Assembly (NCBI RefSeq): GCF_988243305.1
Contig: NZ_OZ547136.1
Direction: 5' to 3' (one strand)
DNA: 64,000 nucleotides
Part shown: positions 10,680 through 22,221 of the stretch, piece after piece
Layout of the letters: each line of letters opens with the position of its first letter
Numbering within the stretch: position 1 is the stretch's first letter
The notes under the pieces: generated by a model
Told to the model about the DNA's origin: nothing
What the model saw: the letters and a program-made list of their open reading frames with translations, nothing else
Databases searched by the model: none
Position numbers and translations under genes: made by a program

Positions 10680-10751
10680 GTGAAATATTTCTTTATGGGC
10701 ATTTCTTTTATGGTCATCGTTTGGGCCGGTACTTTTGCCCTGATGATCTAA
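10680..10751 (+). CDS. ypdK: Small hydrophobic protein (23 aa) YpdK-like
   Basis: GTG-initiated ORF V/M-KYFFMGISFMVIVWAGTFALMI with GGAGAG 7-8 nt upstream. Below the ORF-track cutoff; found by reading the lpxP-alaC intergenic region. Confidence 0.5.
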   Translation: MKYFFMGISFMVIVWAGTFALMI

Positions 10752-10815
10752 AAGCAAACTGTGCAATGAAAAACAGGAGCCATCTGGCTCCTGTTTGCAT
10801 TTCTGGCGATGGTGT

Positions 10816-12054
10816 TTATTCCGCGTTTTCGTGAATATGTTTGCTGCTGGCGGGTAGTAAACCGTCGGCACGGAACATCGCTTTAATTCCACGAATCGCC
10901 TGACGAATACGGTCGCGGTTTTCAATCAGTGCAAAGCGAACATGCGTGTCGCCGTAGTCGCCAAAGCCAATCCCCGGAGAGACACAGACCTTCGCTTCGT
11001 TCAGCAGCTTCTTGGCAAATTCCAGCGAGCCCATGGCAGCATACGGTTCCGGGATTTTCGCCCAGACATACATCGAAGCCTTCGGCATTTCGACCATCCA
11101 GCCCGCTTCATGCAGCCCTTTAACCAGTACATCACGGCGGCGTTTGTACTGTTCGGCAATATCGCGCACGCACTGTTGATCGCCCTCCAGCGCCGCAATC
11201 GCTGCCACCTGCAACGGCGTAAAGGTGCCGTAATCGTGATAGCTTTTAATACGTGCCAGCGCGCTGACCAGCGTTTTGTTGCCAACCATAAAGCCGATAC
11301 GCCAGCCCGCCATGTTGTAGCTTTTCGACAGCGTAAAGAACTCGACCGCCACATCGCGTGCACCCGGCACCTGCATGATTGACGGCGCTTTCCAGCCATC
11401 GTAGACGATATCGGCATAGGCCAGGTCATGGACCACCAGCACATCGTAGCGTTTCGCCAGCGCCACAACCTTCTCAAAGAATTCCAGTTCCACGCATTGC
11501 GCGGTTGGGTTCGACGGGAAGCCGAGGATCATCATCTTCGGTTTCGGATAACTTTCGCGAATGGCGCGTTCCAGTTCGTTGAAGAAATCGACACCTTCCA
11601 CCAGCGGCACTGAGCGTACCTGCGCCCCGGCAATCACCGCGCCGTAAATATGAATCGGGTAGCTTGGATTAGGCACCAGTACAGTGTCACCATGATCCAG
11701 CGTCGCCAGCATCAGATGCGCCAGTCCCTCTTTCGAACCAATGGTGACGATAGCTTCTGATTCCGGGTCGATCTCGACGTCGTAGCGATCCTGATACCAG
11801 TGTGAAATGGCGCGACGTAGCCGCGGAATGCCGCGTGAAGTGGAGTAACCATGCGTGTCCGGGCGCTGGGCCACCGTACATAATTTTTCGACGATGTGCG
11901 GCGGAGTCGCACCGTCCGGGTTACCCATACTGAAATCGATAATATCTTCGCCGCGCCGACGCGCAGCCATTTTCAGTTCAGCGGTAATATTAAAAACGTA
12001 GGGCGGGAGACGATCAATGCGCGTAAAGCGACGTTCAGGGCGAGTGTCAGCCAT
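10816..12054 (-). CDS. alaC: Glutamate-pyruvate aminotransferase (PLP-dependent, class I/II)
   Basis: 412 aa ORF with aminotransferase fold motifs (...[12 protein letters not shown]...). Confidence 0.9.
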   Translation of the reverse strand: MADTRPERRFTRIDRLPPYVFNITAELKMAARRRGEDIIDFSMGNPDGATPPHIVEKLCTVAQRPDTHGYSTSRGIPRLRRAISHWYQDRYDVEIDPESEAIVTIGSKEGLAHLMLATLDHGDTVLVPNPSYPIHIYGAVIAGAQVRSVPLVEGVDFFNELERAIRESYPKPKMMILGFPSNPTAQCVELEFFEKVVALAKRYDVLVVHDLAYADIVYDGWKAPSIMQVPGARDVAVEFFTLSKSYNMAGWRIGFMVGNKTLVSALARIKSYHDYGTFTPLQVAAIAALEGDQQCVRDIAEQYKRRRDVLVKGLHEAGWMVEMPKASMYVWAKIPEPYAAMGSLEFAKKLLNEAKVCVSPGIGFGDYGDTHVRFALIENRDRIRQAIRGIKAMFRADGLLPASSKHIHENAE

Positions 12055-12430
12055 AATTTCCTCAGATTAACGTTAGCGCCCGGACCGTCCGAGCGACGCT
12101 GCCACGATGGTGGCTGTTTTGAAAATAGCCTGATTAATTTCTGTCTGTCCAGCGTTTTAGAACATTTTTATCAATGGCTTTAAATGAGGAACGCCACTTC
12201 AAAAACAGGAAATTTATCTGCGCTAACAAGAAAATTACCACTCATTTTATTAACATTATAATTTCAATAAATTTACCAAGCAGATGTGCATTATCAAGAG
12301 ATGCATTGCTAATACACCATTTATCTTTCAATCCCCTTTTAAAATTGTGGTTTTTCCTCAAAAACGGCCTGCTGGTCATCAGCCTTCAGGTTACCTATCA
12401 TAGAGGTTTAATCCTTATTCAGAGTCACCC

Positions 12431-14128
12431 GTGCACGAAATATTCAACATGCTGCTGGCGGTCTTCGATCGGGCAGCGTTAATGCTTATCTGCCTGTTCT
12501 TTCTCATCCGTATCCGCCTGTTTCGCGAACTGTTGCACAAGTCGGCGCACTCCCCAAAAGAGCTGCTCGCTGTTACCGCCATTTTCTCGCTGTTCGCCCT
12601 GTTCAGCACCTGGTCCGGCGTTCCCGTAGAAGGCTCGCTAGTGAACGTTCGTATTATCGCGGTGATGTCAGGCGGGATTCTGTTTGGCCCGTGGGTAGGC
12701 ATCATTACCGGCGTGATTGCGGGTATTCACCGGTATTTAATTGATATCGGCGGCGTGACGGCGATCCCCTGCTTTATCACCAGCATTCTGGCGGGTTGTA
12801 TATCGGGCTGGATCAACCTGAAAATCCCCAAAGCACAGCGCTGGCGCGTCGGTATTCTCGGCGGCATGTTATGTGAAACGTTGACCATGATTCTGGTGAT
12901 TGTCTGGGCACCAACTACCGCGTTGGGGATCGATATCGTCTCTAAAATCGGCATTCCGATGATCCTCGGTAGCGTCTGTATCGGCTTTATTGTGCTGCTG
13001 GTGCAAAGCGTTGAGGGCGAAAAAGAGGCCAGCGCCGCGCGGCAGGCCAAGCTGGCGCTGGATATCGCCAACAAAACGCTGCCGCTGTTTCGCCATGTCA
13101 ATAGCGAGTCATTACGCAAAGTTTGTGAAATTATCCGCGATGATATTCACGCCGATGCGGTGGCGATTACTAATACCGATCATGTGCTGGCCTATGTCGG
13201 CGTGGGCGAACACAACTATCAGAATGGCGATGACTTCATTAGCCCGACTACCCGACAGGCGATGAATTACGGAAAAATCATCATTAAAAACAATGATGAA
13301 GCCCACCGCACACCAGAGATTCATTCCATGCTGGTGATCCCATTGTGGGAGAAAGGCGTTGTGACCGGAACGCTGAAAATTTACTACTGCCACGCGCATC
13401 AGATCACTTCCTCATTACAGGAAATGGCGGTCGGTCTGTCGCAAATCATCTCCACGCAACTGGAGGTTTCACGCGCCGAGCAGCTACGTGAAATGGCAAA
13501 TAAGGCAGAGCTTCGCGCCCTGCAAAGCAAAATTAATCCCCATTTCCTGTTTAACGCTTTGAACGCTATTTCATCGTCAATCCGTCTGAATCCGGATACC
13601 GCTCGCCAGCTGATCTTTAATCTGTCGCGTTATCTGCGCTATAACATTGAATTAAAAGACGATGAGCAAATCGATATCAAAAAAGAGCTGTATCAAATTA
13701 AAGACTATATTGCCATTGAGCAGGCCCGCTTTGGCGACAAGCTGACGGTTATCTATGATATTGATGAAGAGGTGAATTGCTGCATTCCCAGCCTGCTGAT
13801 CCAGCCGTTGGTGGAAAACGCCATTGTCCACGGTATCCAGCCTTGCAAAGGTAAAGGCGTTGTCACCATCAGCGTTGCAGAGTGCGGTAATCGGGTACGT
13901 ATTGCGGTGCGAGATACCGGGCACGGCATCGATCCAAAGGTGATTGAGCGGGTCGAAGCGAACGAAATGCCGGGCAATAAAATTGGCCTGCTGAATGTCC
14001 ATCATCGCGTGAAGTTATTGTATGGCGAGGGGCTGCATATCCGCCGCCTGGAACCGGGGACGGAAATTGCGTTTTACATTCCTAACCAACGCACCCCAGT
14101 CGCCTCACAGGCTACGTTATTGCTTTGA
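12431..14128 (+). CDS. ypdA: LytS-type sensor histidine kinase (pyruvate-responsive YpdA)
   Basis: 565 aa, GTG start; N-terminal multi-TM 5TMR-LYT domain, GAF-like region, His-kinase core. Confidence 0.85.
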
Positions 14129-14142
14129 GCCGGAGTGATATT

Positions 14143-14877
14143 GTGAAAGTCATCATTGTTGAAGACGAATTCCTGGCACAACAGGAACTGAGCTGGCTAA
14201 TTAAAGAGCACAGCCAGATGGAGATTGTCGGCACCTTTGACGACGGTCTGGACGTGTTGAAGTTTTTGCAGCATAACCGCGTCGACGCCATTTTTCTGGA
14301 TATCAATATTCCGTCGCTGGATGGCGTGTTGCTGGCGCAAAACATCAGCCAGTTCGCCCATAAACCGTTTATTGTGTTCATCACCGCGTGGAAAGAACAT
14401 GCGGTAGAAGCATTTGAACTGGAAGCGTTTGACTACATTCTCAAACCGTATCAGGAGTCACGCATTACCGGGATGCTGCAAAAACTGGAAGCGGCCTGGC
14501 AACAACAGCAGACCAGCAGTACGCCTGCCACGACGGTAACGCGTGAGAATGACACCATTAATCTGGTGAAAGATGAGCGAATCATTGTCACGCCAATTAA
14601 CGATATCTATTACGCCGAAGCGCACGAGAAAATGACCTTTGTCTATACGCGGCGTGAATCCTACGTAATGCCGATGAACATTACCGAGTTTTGCAGCAAG
14701 CTGCCGCCGTCGCATTTTTTCCGCTGCCATCGCTCATTTTGTGTCAATCTGAACAAAATCCGCGAGATCGAACCGTGGTTTAATAACACCTATATTCTGC
14801 GGCTGAAAGATCTGGATTTTGAAGTGCCAGTCAGCCGCAGCAAAGTTAAAGAATTCCGCCAGTTAATGCATCTTTAA
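14143..14877 (+). CDS. ypdB: LytTR-family response regulator
   Basis: ORF 14125-14877; I prefer the GTG at 14143 (MKVIIVEDE...). Receiver domain plus C-terminal LytTR DNA-binding domain. Confidence 0.85.
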   Translation: MKVIIVEDEFLAQQELSWLIKEHSQMEIVGTFDDGLDVLKFLQHNRVDAIFLDINIPSLDGVLLAQNISQFAHKPFIVFITAWKEHAVEAFELEAFDYILKPYQESRITGMLQKLEAAWQQQQTSSTPATTVTRENDTINLVKDERIIVTPINDIYYAEAHEKMTFVYTRRESYVMPMNITEFCSKLPPSHFFRCHRSFCVNLNKIREIEPWFNNTYILRLKDLDFEVPVSRSKVKEFRQLMHL

Positions 14878-14889
14878 TCGGGAACTTTC

Positions 14890-15747
14890 ATGAAAGCACC
14901 AGGCTTGCCCGCCGATCAACAATTTTTCGCCGATCTGTTCAGCGGCCTGGTGCTTAACCCGCAACTACTGGGGCGCGTCTGGTTTGCCAGCCAGCCTGCC
15001 TCGTTACCGGTGGGCAGTTTATGTATTGATTTTCCCCGTCTGGATATCGTGCTGCGCGGCGAATACGGCAATCTGCTGGAAGCAAAGCAGCAACGTATGG
15101 TTGAAGGAGAAATGCTGTTTATTCCAGCGCGCGCGGCTAATTTACCGATCAACAACAAACCGGTGATGCTGTTAAGCCTGGTGTTCGCACCGACCTGGCT
15201 TGGGTTATCGTTTTACGATAGCCGTACCACGTCGTTGTTGCATCCTGCTCGCCAGATCCAGCTTCCCAGCCTGCAACGCGGCGAAGGTGAAGCAATGCTT
15301 ACTGCCCTCACCCATCTTAGCCGTTCGCCGCTGGAGCAGAATATCATTCAGCCGCTGGTGTTAAGTTTGCTGCATCTTTGCCGCAACGTGGTGAATATGC
15401 CGCCGGGTAATTCGCAGCCGCGCGGCGATTTTCTTTATCACAGCATTTGTAACTGGGTTCAGGATAATTATGCCCAGCCGCTCACCCGTGAGAGCGTGGC
15501 GCTGTTTTTTAATATCACGCCCAATCATCTGTCAAAACTGTTTGCGCAGCATGGAACAATGCGTTTTATCGAATATGTGCGTTGGGTGCGAATGGCGAAG
15601 GCGAGGATGATTTTGCAGAAATATCATCTGTCGATTCATGAAGTGGCGCAGCGTTGCGGCTTTCCGGACAGCGACTATTTTTGTCGCGTCTTCCGGCGTC
15701 AGTTTGGTCTGACGCCGGGAGAGTACAGCGCCCGCTTTCAGGGCTAA
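14890..15747 (+). CDS. ypdC: AraC-family transcriptional regulator
   Basis: 285 aa with a C-terminal AraC-type HTH. Confidence 0.8.
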   Translation: MKAPGLPADQQFFADLFSGLVLNPQLLGRVWFASQPASLPVGSLCIDFPRLDIVLRGEYGNLLEAKQQRMVEGEMLFIPARAANLPINNKPVMLLSLVFAPTWLGLSFYDSRTTSLLHPARQIQLPSLQRGEGEAMLTALTHLSRSPLEQNIIQPLVLSLLHLCRNVVNMPPGNSQPRGDFLYHSICNWVQDNYAQPLTRESVALFFNITPNHLSKLFAQHGTMRFIEYVRWVRMAKARMILQKYHLSIHEVAQRCGFPDSDYFCRVFRRQFGLTPGEYSARFQG

Positions 15748-15749
15748 CT

Positions 15750-18245
15750 TCAGAAGGTTAATTCCGTTTCCAGCAGCGTCAGGATGCTTTGCGCATCTTG
15801 CGCGGCGAACAGCGACTGGCGGAAGTTTTTATTCACCAGTTTACGCGCCAGCTGCGAGAAGACTTTCACATGATTCATCCCTTCGTTAGCGCCCAGTGTC
15901 AGCATGATCACCAGTTCGACTTCGCCCATTTCTGACTGCCAGTCAACCGGTTTCACTAGCCGGGCAATGCTGATACTGGAATGACGGATCCACTGAGATT
16001 TGGTGTGCGGGATCGCTACGCCAAAACCAACGCCTGTGGTAACAATCTCTTCCCGCTGCCAGACATCCTCTTCCAGCTCGAACGGATGTTCAGTGCGCCC
16101 GTTAACGCCGAGGTTACCGCACAGGAACTGGATCGCCTGCTCTTTATTGCTAAAGGACTGATCAACAAAGATATTCTCCAGCGCCAGCAGTGGGCGAACG
16201 TCTTCTTCCGGCGTAAAGGCGGTGAGTAACGCTTCAATTTCCTGCGCGCTGCGGCATTCACATGCCTGACGCGCCAGTTCCCGACACGCCTCGCTATCCA
16301 GTTGACGAAGCTGGCTTTTCACCGCCGGAATGCGCGGGCTACTCATACTTAACTCGTCCAGGCCCAGCCCAAGCAGTAGCGGCAGATAACGGCTTTCACC
16401 GCCCAGTTCACCGCAAATGCCTACCCATTTACCCCGCTGATGCGCAGTGGTAATAATCTGCTGCAACATGCGCAGGAACGATGGCGTAATCGGGTTATAC
16501 AGCGGCGATACGCGCGGGTTATTACGATCGACCGCATACAGATACTGGGTCATATCGTTAGAACCGATACTGAAGAAATCTACCTCATCGCAAAAGTGAT
16601 CGATGATGTAGCACACCGACGGCACTTCCACCATGATACCCAGCGTAATCGTCTCTGCATGACGCAGGCCATCGCGCTTAAGCTCAACGATCGCTTTTTG
16701 GATCTCGCCCTTCACCCATAAGATCTGATCGAGGCTGTGAACCATTGGGATCATCAACTGGGCGTTGCCGAAACTGGCGGCGCGCAAAATGGCCCGCAGT
16801 TGAGTGCGGAACAGGCCAGCAAATTCCGGGTAAATTCGTACCGCACGATAGCCGAGGAACGGGTTCTCTTCCTGGGGAATATTCAGATAAGGAATGCTTT
16901 TATCGCCGCCGATGTCCATTGTGCGGAAGATAATCGGCTTGTCGCCCGCTGCCAGTAGCACCTGCTGGTAGGCTTCAAATTGCTCCTGCTCGTCCGGCGC
17001 GCTGTCGCGATCCATATAGAGCATTTCAGTACGGAACAGCCCGACGCCTTCCGCGCCGTTGGCAAACGCGCCAGGCGCTTCCAGAGCGGTGCCAATATTC
17101 GCCGCGATATCAATACGCTTGTTATCACGGGAATAAGCCAGCTGCGCGGCAGCCTGCGCCTGCTGCTGCTGACGTTTATCTGCCAGCGTCTGCGCAACCT
17201 GATAATAACCGCTCACCGCGTCATCAGGATTAATCGCCAGCACGCCGCACTGGGCGTCAAGCACCGCCGGTTGCCCGGCATAACGCGCGATCGCATCCTG
17301 CGGCAAGCCACTCAGTACCGGGATCGCCGAGGCACGGGCCAGAATCAGGGTATGCGAGGTGCGCCCGGTTTTCTCCAGAATCATGCCCGCAAGATTTTTT
17401 AAATCGAGGCTCAAAAACTGGCTTGGGGTTAAATCCTCGGCCACCAGAATAGTCGGTTTTTCCAGCACCAGATTGTTGCGCGGCTTCAGTTCCGGCCAGG
17501 TGATATGCAGCAACTGTTCGCTGATATCGCGAATGTCGCTGACCCGCTCGCGCAGATAATCGCTGGCAGAAGCAGATAGTTTGGCGCAAACCTGCTCCAT
17601 ATTGCTGATGATCGCCGCCCCCAGTCCCTGATGCTGTTCTGCCATAAGGCGACGGATATTGCCTGCAAATTCATCATCCTGAATCAGCGACAAATGGGCG
17701 CTGAGGATAGTTTTGCTTTCGCCGTCACGCTCACGCAGCTGCTGGTTCAGTTGCTCGGCAAGCGTTGCCAGGCTGTGCTCCAGCCGGGTGGAGTCTTGCG
17801 CACTGGCAGGGATTACCCGATAACTATCGAGGCTGTCGCTCTGTAACAGGGTCAGCGTACCCACGCCGACGCCGCTTGCCAGCACATTGCCGTACAGTAA
17901 ATCAGGATTCAGACGGCTTAATGAACGCGGCAGCGGATGCGCCGTCAGTTCTGCCTGTGTTGGCTGGATGCTGTCGCTGTCGATAAAGCGCACCTGGATG
18001 TACTCTTCCAGCACGCGCCGCGCCTGCTCTTCATCGCTGCCGCTAATGTTCAGGCTGCAACTGTCATTAAATAAAGTGCCGGTGCCAATCAGCGCCAGCG
18101 AACTTTTCGCATCGGCCTTTGCGTTCTGGCGATGGTTGATGAAGGTGATTTCGCTTTGCCACTGGCTGCACTGTTCTTTAAGTTCCCACGCCGGACGAGC
18201 ATGCAGACCGTTTGGCAAAGGACAGAGAAATTGAATCGTTAACAT
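15750..18245 (-). CDS. fryA: PTS multiphosphoryl transfer protein (fused HPr-like, Enzyme I-like and EIIA-Fru-like domains)
   Basis: 831 aa ORF; the central region is Enzyme I-like (PEP-utilising enzyme) with HPr-like and EIIA-like modules. Confidence 0.9.
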   Translation of the reverse strand: MLTIQFLCPLPNGLHARPAWELKEQCSQWQSEITFINHRQNAKADAKSSLALIGTGTLFNDSCSLNISGSDEEQARRVLEEYIQVRFIDSDSIQPTQAELTAHPLPRSLSRLNPDLLYGNVLASGVGVGTLTLLQSDSLDSYRVIPASAQDSTRLEHSLATLAEQLNQQLRERDGESKTILSAHLSLIQDDEFAGNIRRLMAEQHQGLGAAIISNMEQVCAKLSASASDYLRERVSDIRDISEQLLHITWPELKPRNNLVLEKPTILVAEDLTPSQFLSLDLKNLAGMILEKTGRTSHTLILARASAIPVLSGLPQDAIARYAGQPAVLDAQCGVLAINPDDAVSGYYQVAQTLADKRQQQQAQAAAQLAYSRDNKRIDIAANIGTALEAPGAFANGAEGVGLFRTEMLYMDRDSAPDEQEQFEAYQQVLLAAGDKPIIFRTMDIGGDKSIPYLNIPQEENPFLGYRAVRIYPEFAGLFRTQLRAILRAASFGNAQLMIPMVHSLDQILWVKGEIQKAIVELKRDGLRHAETITLGIMVEVPSVCYIIDHFCDEVDFFSIGSNDMTQYLYAVDRNNPRVSPLYNPITPSFLRMLQQIITTAHQRGKWVGICGELGGESRYLPLLLGLGLDELSMSSPRIPAVKSQLRQLDSEACRELARQACECRSAQEIEALLTAFTPEEDVRPLLALENIFVDQSFSNKEQAIQFLCGNLGVNGRTEHPFELEEDVWQREEIVTTGVGFGVAIPHTKSQWIRHSSISIARLVKPVDWQSEMGEVELVIMLTLGANEGMNHVKVFSQLARKLVNKNFRQSLFAAQDAQSILTLLETELTF

Positions 18246-18269
18246 AACCGCTCCGGGTTAATCAGGAGA

Positions 18270-19307
18270 TCATCTGAAATCCGTCAGTTGAACAACCGTC
18301 TCACGGGTAAGACGTTGAATAAGGGCAGATAAAAGTTGCTGCATCTGCAAAATGTCGCGGCAATCGGCAATCGATGCCGCACAATGTCCGTGGCGCGTCG
18401 CTGGCCCCATCACCACCGTGGGTACGCCGGTGTCAGTTAAATGCACCGCTCCACCGTCCGTGCCGCCGTTGCTGAACATATCTGCCTGTAACGGCACGCC
18501 AATTTCTGCCGCCACGGTTTCAATCCACGCGGTAAGTTTTGGCGGCGCAATCAGCGACTTGTCGCTTAATACCAGCATCGGGCCGTTACCAATCTGGCGA
18601 TGGTTAGCCGCGCCATAATCAAAGTTTTTCGCCCAGCAGGCGGTATCCAGCACAATCGCAACGTCCGGTGAAACCGCACGGGTAGCGGTTTGCCCGCCGC
18701 GTAATCCCACCTCTTCGCTGGAGCTGGCCACCAGCCACACCTCCGCAGGCAGTTCGGCGTCGTGCAGCTCACGTAGTAACGTCACCAGCAGATAGCAACC
18801 GAGGCGATCATCAAAGGCTTTCCCCATCACCCGCTGGTGAGGGAGAACCTGAAAAGTTGTATCAAAGGTGACGCGATCGCCTGGACGAATTCCCGCCTGC
18901 ATCACTTCGTCATACGAGCGCGCACCAATGTCCACGCGCATGGCGCTGACGTCATTCCCCTGCCGGTCGCCGTCAAGCAGGCCTGGAATTTTGCACTCTT
19001 CACGGGTAGTGATACGCACCGACTGAAGCTGGCGGGCAGCCATGCGTACATTGCCAACCGGCAACACATCGATCGCCCCTTCGCGGGAGATGCTGCGCAC
19101 CATAAATCCCACTTCATCCATATGCGCACAGATCATCACCTTCGGACCTGTCGATTCATTGAGGCGGATCAGCACCGATCCCAGGCCATCAAATCGCACT
19201 TCTTTTTGCAGGCGATCCGCTTCTTCCAGCAGGATCTGCCGTACTTCCTGTTCCGAGGAGGCGATCGCATCTGCCTCGCTCAACGCTTTTAATAGCGATA
19301 AATCCAT
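18270..19307 (-). CDS. ypdE: M42-family aminopeptidase
   Basis: 345 aa ORF of the FrvX/YpdE metallo-aminopeptidase family; its start overlaps the ypdF stop by 1 nt. Confidence 0.85.
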   Translation of the reverse strand: MDLSLLKALSEADAIASSEQEVRQILLEEADRLQKEVRFDGLGSVLIRLNESTGPKVMICAHMDEVGFMVRSISREGAIDVLPVGNVRMAARQLQSVRITTREECKIPGLLDGDRQGNDVSAMRVDIGARSYDEVMQAGIRPGDRVTFDTTFQVLPHQRVMGKAFDDRLGCYLLVTLLRELHDAELPAEVWLVASSSEEVGLRGGQTATRAVSPDVAIVLDTACWAKNFDYGAANHRQIGNGPMLVLSDKSLIAPPKLTAWIETVAAEIGVPLQADMFSNGGTDGGAVHLTDTGVPTVVMGPATRHGHCAASIADCRDILQMQQLLSALIQRLTRETVVQLTDFR

Positions 19308-20392
19308 TATGCCTCTCCCGTGAGCAACACTGTTTTCGGCATGGCGTAGAGCACTTCTGCGCCTTGCGGGGTAACCAGCACAACATCTTCGATGCGCACG
19401 CCCCCTTGCCCTGGCAAATAAATCCCCGGCTCCACGGTCAGCAACATGCCTGGCTGTAGCGTCGTGGTGTCCCGCGGTGAAAAACGCGGATCTTCATGGA
19501 CTTCAATACCGATGGCATGACCGGTGTTATGACCGAAATAGTCGCCAAATCCAGCCTCGGTAATCACCCGGCGCGCGGCGTCGTCAACCTGCTGGCAGCG
19601 CACGCCGGGGCGAATCGAGGAGATTGCTGCGAGCTGTGCCTGCAAAACAATCTGATAGACGTCAAACAGCGGGTGAAATTCGGCGCTCACCCCTTCGCCA
19701 TTCACAAGCAAGGTACGCGTCATATCAGAGCAGTACCCCTGATACAGCGCACCGAAATCGAGAGTGACAAACTCGCCCGCTGCAACAATCTTGTCGCTGG
19801 CTTTGCCGTGCGGCAGCGCCCCACGCCAGCCGCTGGCGACAATGGTATCGAAAGAGGCTTTTTCTGCGCCCTGCTGGCGCATAAACCACTCCAGTTCAGC
19901 GGCTATCTCGCGCTCGCTCATCCCCGCCTGAATAAAGCGGCGAATATGCTCAGCACCGCGATCGGCAATCCCACAGGCGAGGCGGATTTTCTCCACCTCC
20001 TCTGGCGTTTTGATTTGCCGCAGCACATCCGGCGTGGCGCTAACCAGTTTCGCATTGAGTTCAGACTGCCAGCGGTGCGCGGTTTCCCAACATACCTGCT
20101 GGCCTTCAAAACCGAGCGTTTGCAACTGCTCATCGGCAATGATTTGATTGACGATAGTGGTAAGCGTGTTCGTCGCGTCAAGCAAATGCAGCTGGTAGCC
20201 TTGCGTGCGGGCTTCTACATCCGCGTAATAGCGCGAGTCCACCAGAATGTGCGCACTTTCACGGCTAATCAGCACATAGCCTGATCCGGTGGAGATCCCC
20301 AGATGCGGCTGTTTGTTCTGCCGTGAGGAGAGAAGCACCGCATCCAGTTGTTGCGCCTTAAGCCAGTCACGCAGCGAAGCGAGTAATGTCAT
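19307..20392 (-). CDS. ypdF: M24-family Xaa-Pro aminopeptidase
   Basis: 361 aa ORF with creatinase/prolidase fold motifs. Confidence 0.85.
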   Translation of the reverse strand: MTLLASLRDWLKAQQLDAVLLSSRQNKQPHLGISTGSGYVLISRESAHILVDSRYYADVEARTQGYQLHLLDATNTLTTIVNQIIADEQLQTLGFEGQQVCWETAHRWQSELNAKLVSATPDVLRQIKTPEEVEKIRLACGIADRGAEHIRRFIQAGMSEREIAAELEWFMRQQGAEKASFDTIVASGWRGALPHGKASDKIVAAGEFVTLDFGALYQGYCSDMTRTLLVNGEGVSAEFHPLFDVYQIVLQAQLAAISSIRPGVRCQQVDDAARRVITEAGFGDYFGHNTGHAIGIEVHEDPRFSPRDTTTLQPGMLLTVEPGIYLPGQGGVRIEDVVLVTPQGAEVLYAMPKTVLLTGEA

Positions 20393-20406
20393 CTGGATTT
20401 TCCTTC

Positions 20407-21654
20407 TTACAGGCTATCGATTAACAATTTGCCTTTACGGAACATCATCAGACGCAGGAACACCACCATCAGCGCAGTTATGACTGCCCCCAGCGCGATC
20501 CCCGCCATGTAGACGCCGAGGTTAGTGACCAGCGGCCATGCCCAGATAGCGGACTCCGGGAACCATTGCACTGCGCCCAGCCAGACTGCAGCGGTTGAGC
20601 CGACAATCGCGCCGACCATATAGGACGGAATGGCGGTGATGGGGCTTTCCAGTGCAAACGGAATCGCACCTTCACTGATCCCCATAAAGGCCAGGAACAT
20701 GGCGGTTTTACCCTGCGGATAAAGCTGAGCGTTGAACAGGCGTTTGCCGGTTAAACGGCGGTCGATAATGGTCGCCAGACCCAGACCAATCGGCGGAATA
20801 ACGATAGCGATAGAACGTGCGGTGACCGGTAATACGTGGTCCGTGGTAAAGCTGAAGGCAACGAAACCAGCTGCTTTGTTGATCGGGCCACCAAGGTCGA
20901 TTGCTGTCGCCGCGGCGATCCCCATCGCGTACATCAGCGCGCCCTTCTCACCTGCGGCAGTCAGCACGGTACGGATACCGCCGTTGATCCAGCCGCCAAA
21001 GGGGGTGATGACGTAGTACATCGCCAGCATGACAAAAATGGCGGAAAGAATCGGTAGCAAAAAAGTGGTTTTGAACGCTAACAGGAAATCCGGTAACTGG
21101 ATTTTCTGGTTCATCCATTTCACAAGGTAACCAGCAACGATAGAAATAATCAGGGCACCAATGAAGGTGGACGGCACCGGCGAAGAGGTCGCCCATTGCA
21201 TAGTGCTGGGATCGAAGTTCAGCAGTTGCGTCGGCTGGGTAGACATCAAGCCGCCGATAAAACCAGCCGGGAACGCCAGTTTGCCACCGATAGAGTTCGC
21301 CACAAATGCAGCAAACATCGGAATGGCGAAACCAAACAACACGCCGCCGAAGGATTGCGACAGCCAGGCAAATTTCAGTAAGGAAAGGTCGAAACCGGAG
21401 AATTTCCCGCTATTAAGAGCATCCATGATGCCGATATCAGCAGGAATTTTAAGCCAGCTATAAGCAATCAGCTGGCTGAAAGCGAGGATCACACCGCCCA
21501 TAATTAAGGTCGGCACCATGCGTGAAATCCCTGACATCACATGCTGCGGGAGTTCACCCCAGAAGCTGCTTTTAGAGGCCTGCGGATTCTTAACTGCCGC
21601 TGCCGCACCGGATGCGCCAGGCACAACGGTTGCACTGCGTTTTTTAATGGCCAT
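20407..21654 (-). CDS. fryC: PTS fructose-like EIIC component
   Basis: 415 aa polytopic membrane ORF of the EIIC-Fru family. Confidence 0.85.
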   Translation of the reverse strand: MAIKKRSATVVPGASGAAAAVKNPQASKSSFWGELPQHVMSGISRMVPTLIMGGVILAFSQLIAYSWLKIPADIGIMDALNSGKFSGFDLSLLKFAWLSQSFGGVLFGFAIPMFAAFVANSIGGKLAFPAGFIGGLMSTQPTQLLNFDPSTMQWATSSPVPSTFIGALIISIVAGYLVKWMNQKIQLPDFLLAFKTTFLLPILSAIFVMLAMYYVITPFGGWINGGIRTVLTAAGEKGALMYAMGIAAATAIDLGGPINKAAGFVAFSFTTDHVLPVTARSIAIVIPPIGLGLATIIDRRLTGKRLFNAQLYPQGKTAMFLAFMGISEGAIPFALESPITAIPSYMVGAIVGSTAAVWLGAVQWFPESAIWAWPLVTNLGVYMAGIALGAVITALMVVFLRLMMFRKGKLLIDSL

Positions 21655-21675
21655 AACAATTATCCCTGTCGAATA

Positions 21676-22002
21676 TTACTGTTGTTCAGAGGCAATCATC
21701 TCTTCGATTTCTTTGATGATGCCCGCAGCGTTTTTAATTGCGTCCTGCAAAGTGATTTCATAAACGTCGCGTGATTCGAAACGTTCGTTATCTTCCGGGG
21801 TAACCGCCACGGAGTGGATGATGATGGTCGCTTCGGCGATATCCTGCGCGGTCAGACGATTCTGGATACCGTCCGCACCCTGGGTTTCAATTTTCACTTC
21901 ATAACCGGCTTCTACCGCCGCTTCTTCCAGCGCCTGAGCGGCCATAAAGGTGTGAGCCAGGCCCATTGGGCAGGCACATAAGGCAATCAGTTTCTTACTC
22001 AT
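21676..22002 (-). CDS. fryB: PTS fructose-like EIIB component
   Basis: ORF 21676-22053; I prefer the ATG at 22002 (MSKKLIALCACPMGLAHT...), which carries the EIIB active-site Cys motif. Confidence 0.8.
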   Translation of the reverse strand: MSKKLIALCACPMGLAHTFMAAQALEEAAVEAGYEVKIETQGADGIQNRLTAQDIAEATIIIHSVAVTPEDNERFESRDVYEITLQDAIKNAAGIIKEIEEMIASEQQ

Positions 22003-22221
22003 CGTTAATTCCTCGTTCAGTGATAGTTGACGAGTGAAATTATGAACGTGCAAAACAAATCGCCGTTACCAGACAAATAATGCATTTACTGGAGAATTAA
22101 TCCCGCTGTACGGAAGTGTGACGCAGGTCGGCCTTGTGAGGAGGACGCAAAGAAAAATTGAATTAACTGTATGATTTAAAAGATTATCGGGAGAGTTACC
22201 TCCCGATATAACAGGAAGGAT

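Noticed and set aside
12055-12430. Searched the alaC-ypdA divergent region for a small ORF or riboswitch
   Set aside because: I found only AT-rich promoter-like sequence with no convincing conserved structure or start context; not reported as a feature.
19496-20284. 262 aa ORF antisense to ypdF
   Set aside because: Shadow ORF; no RBS or domain signal.
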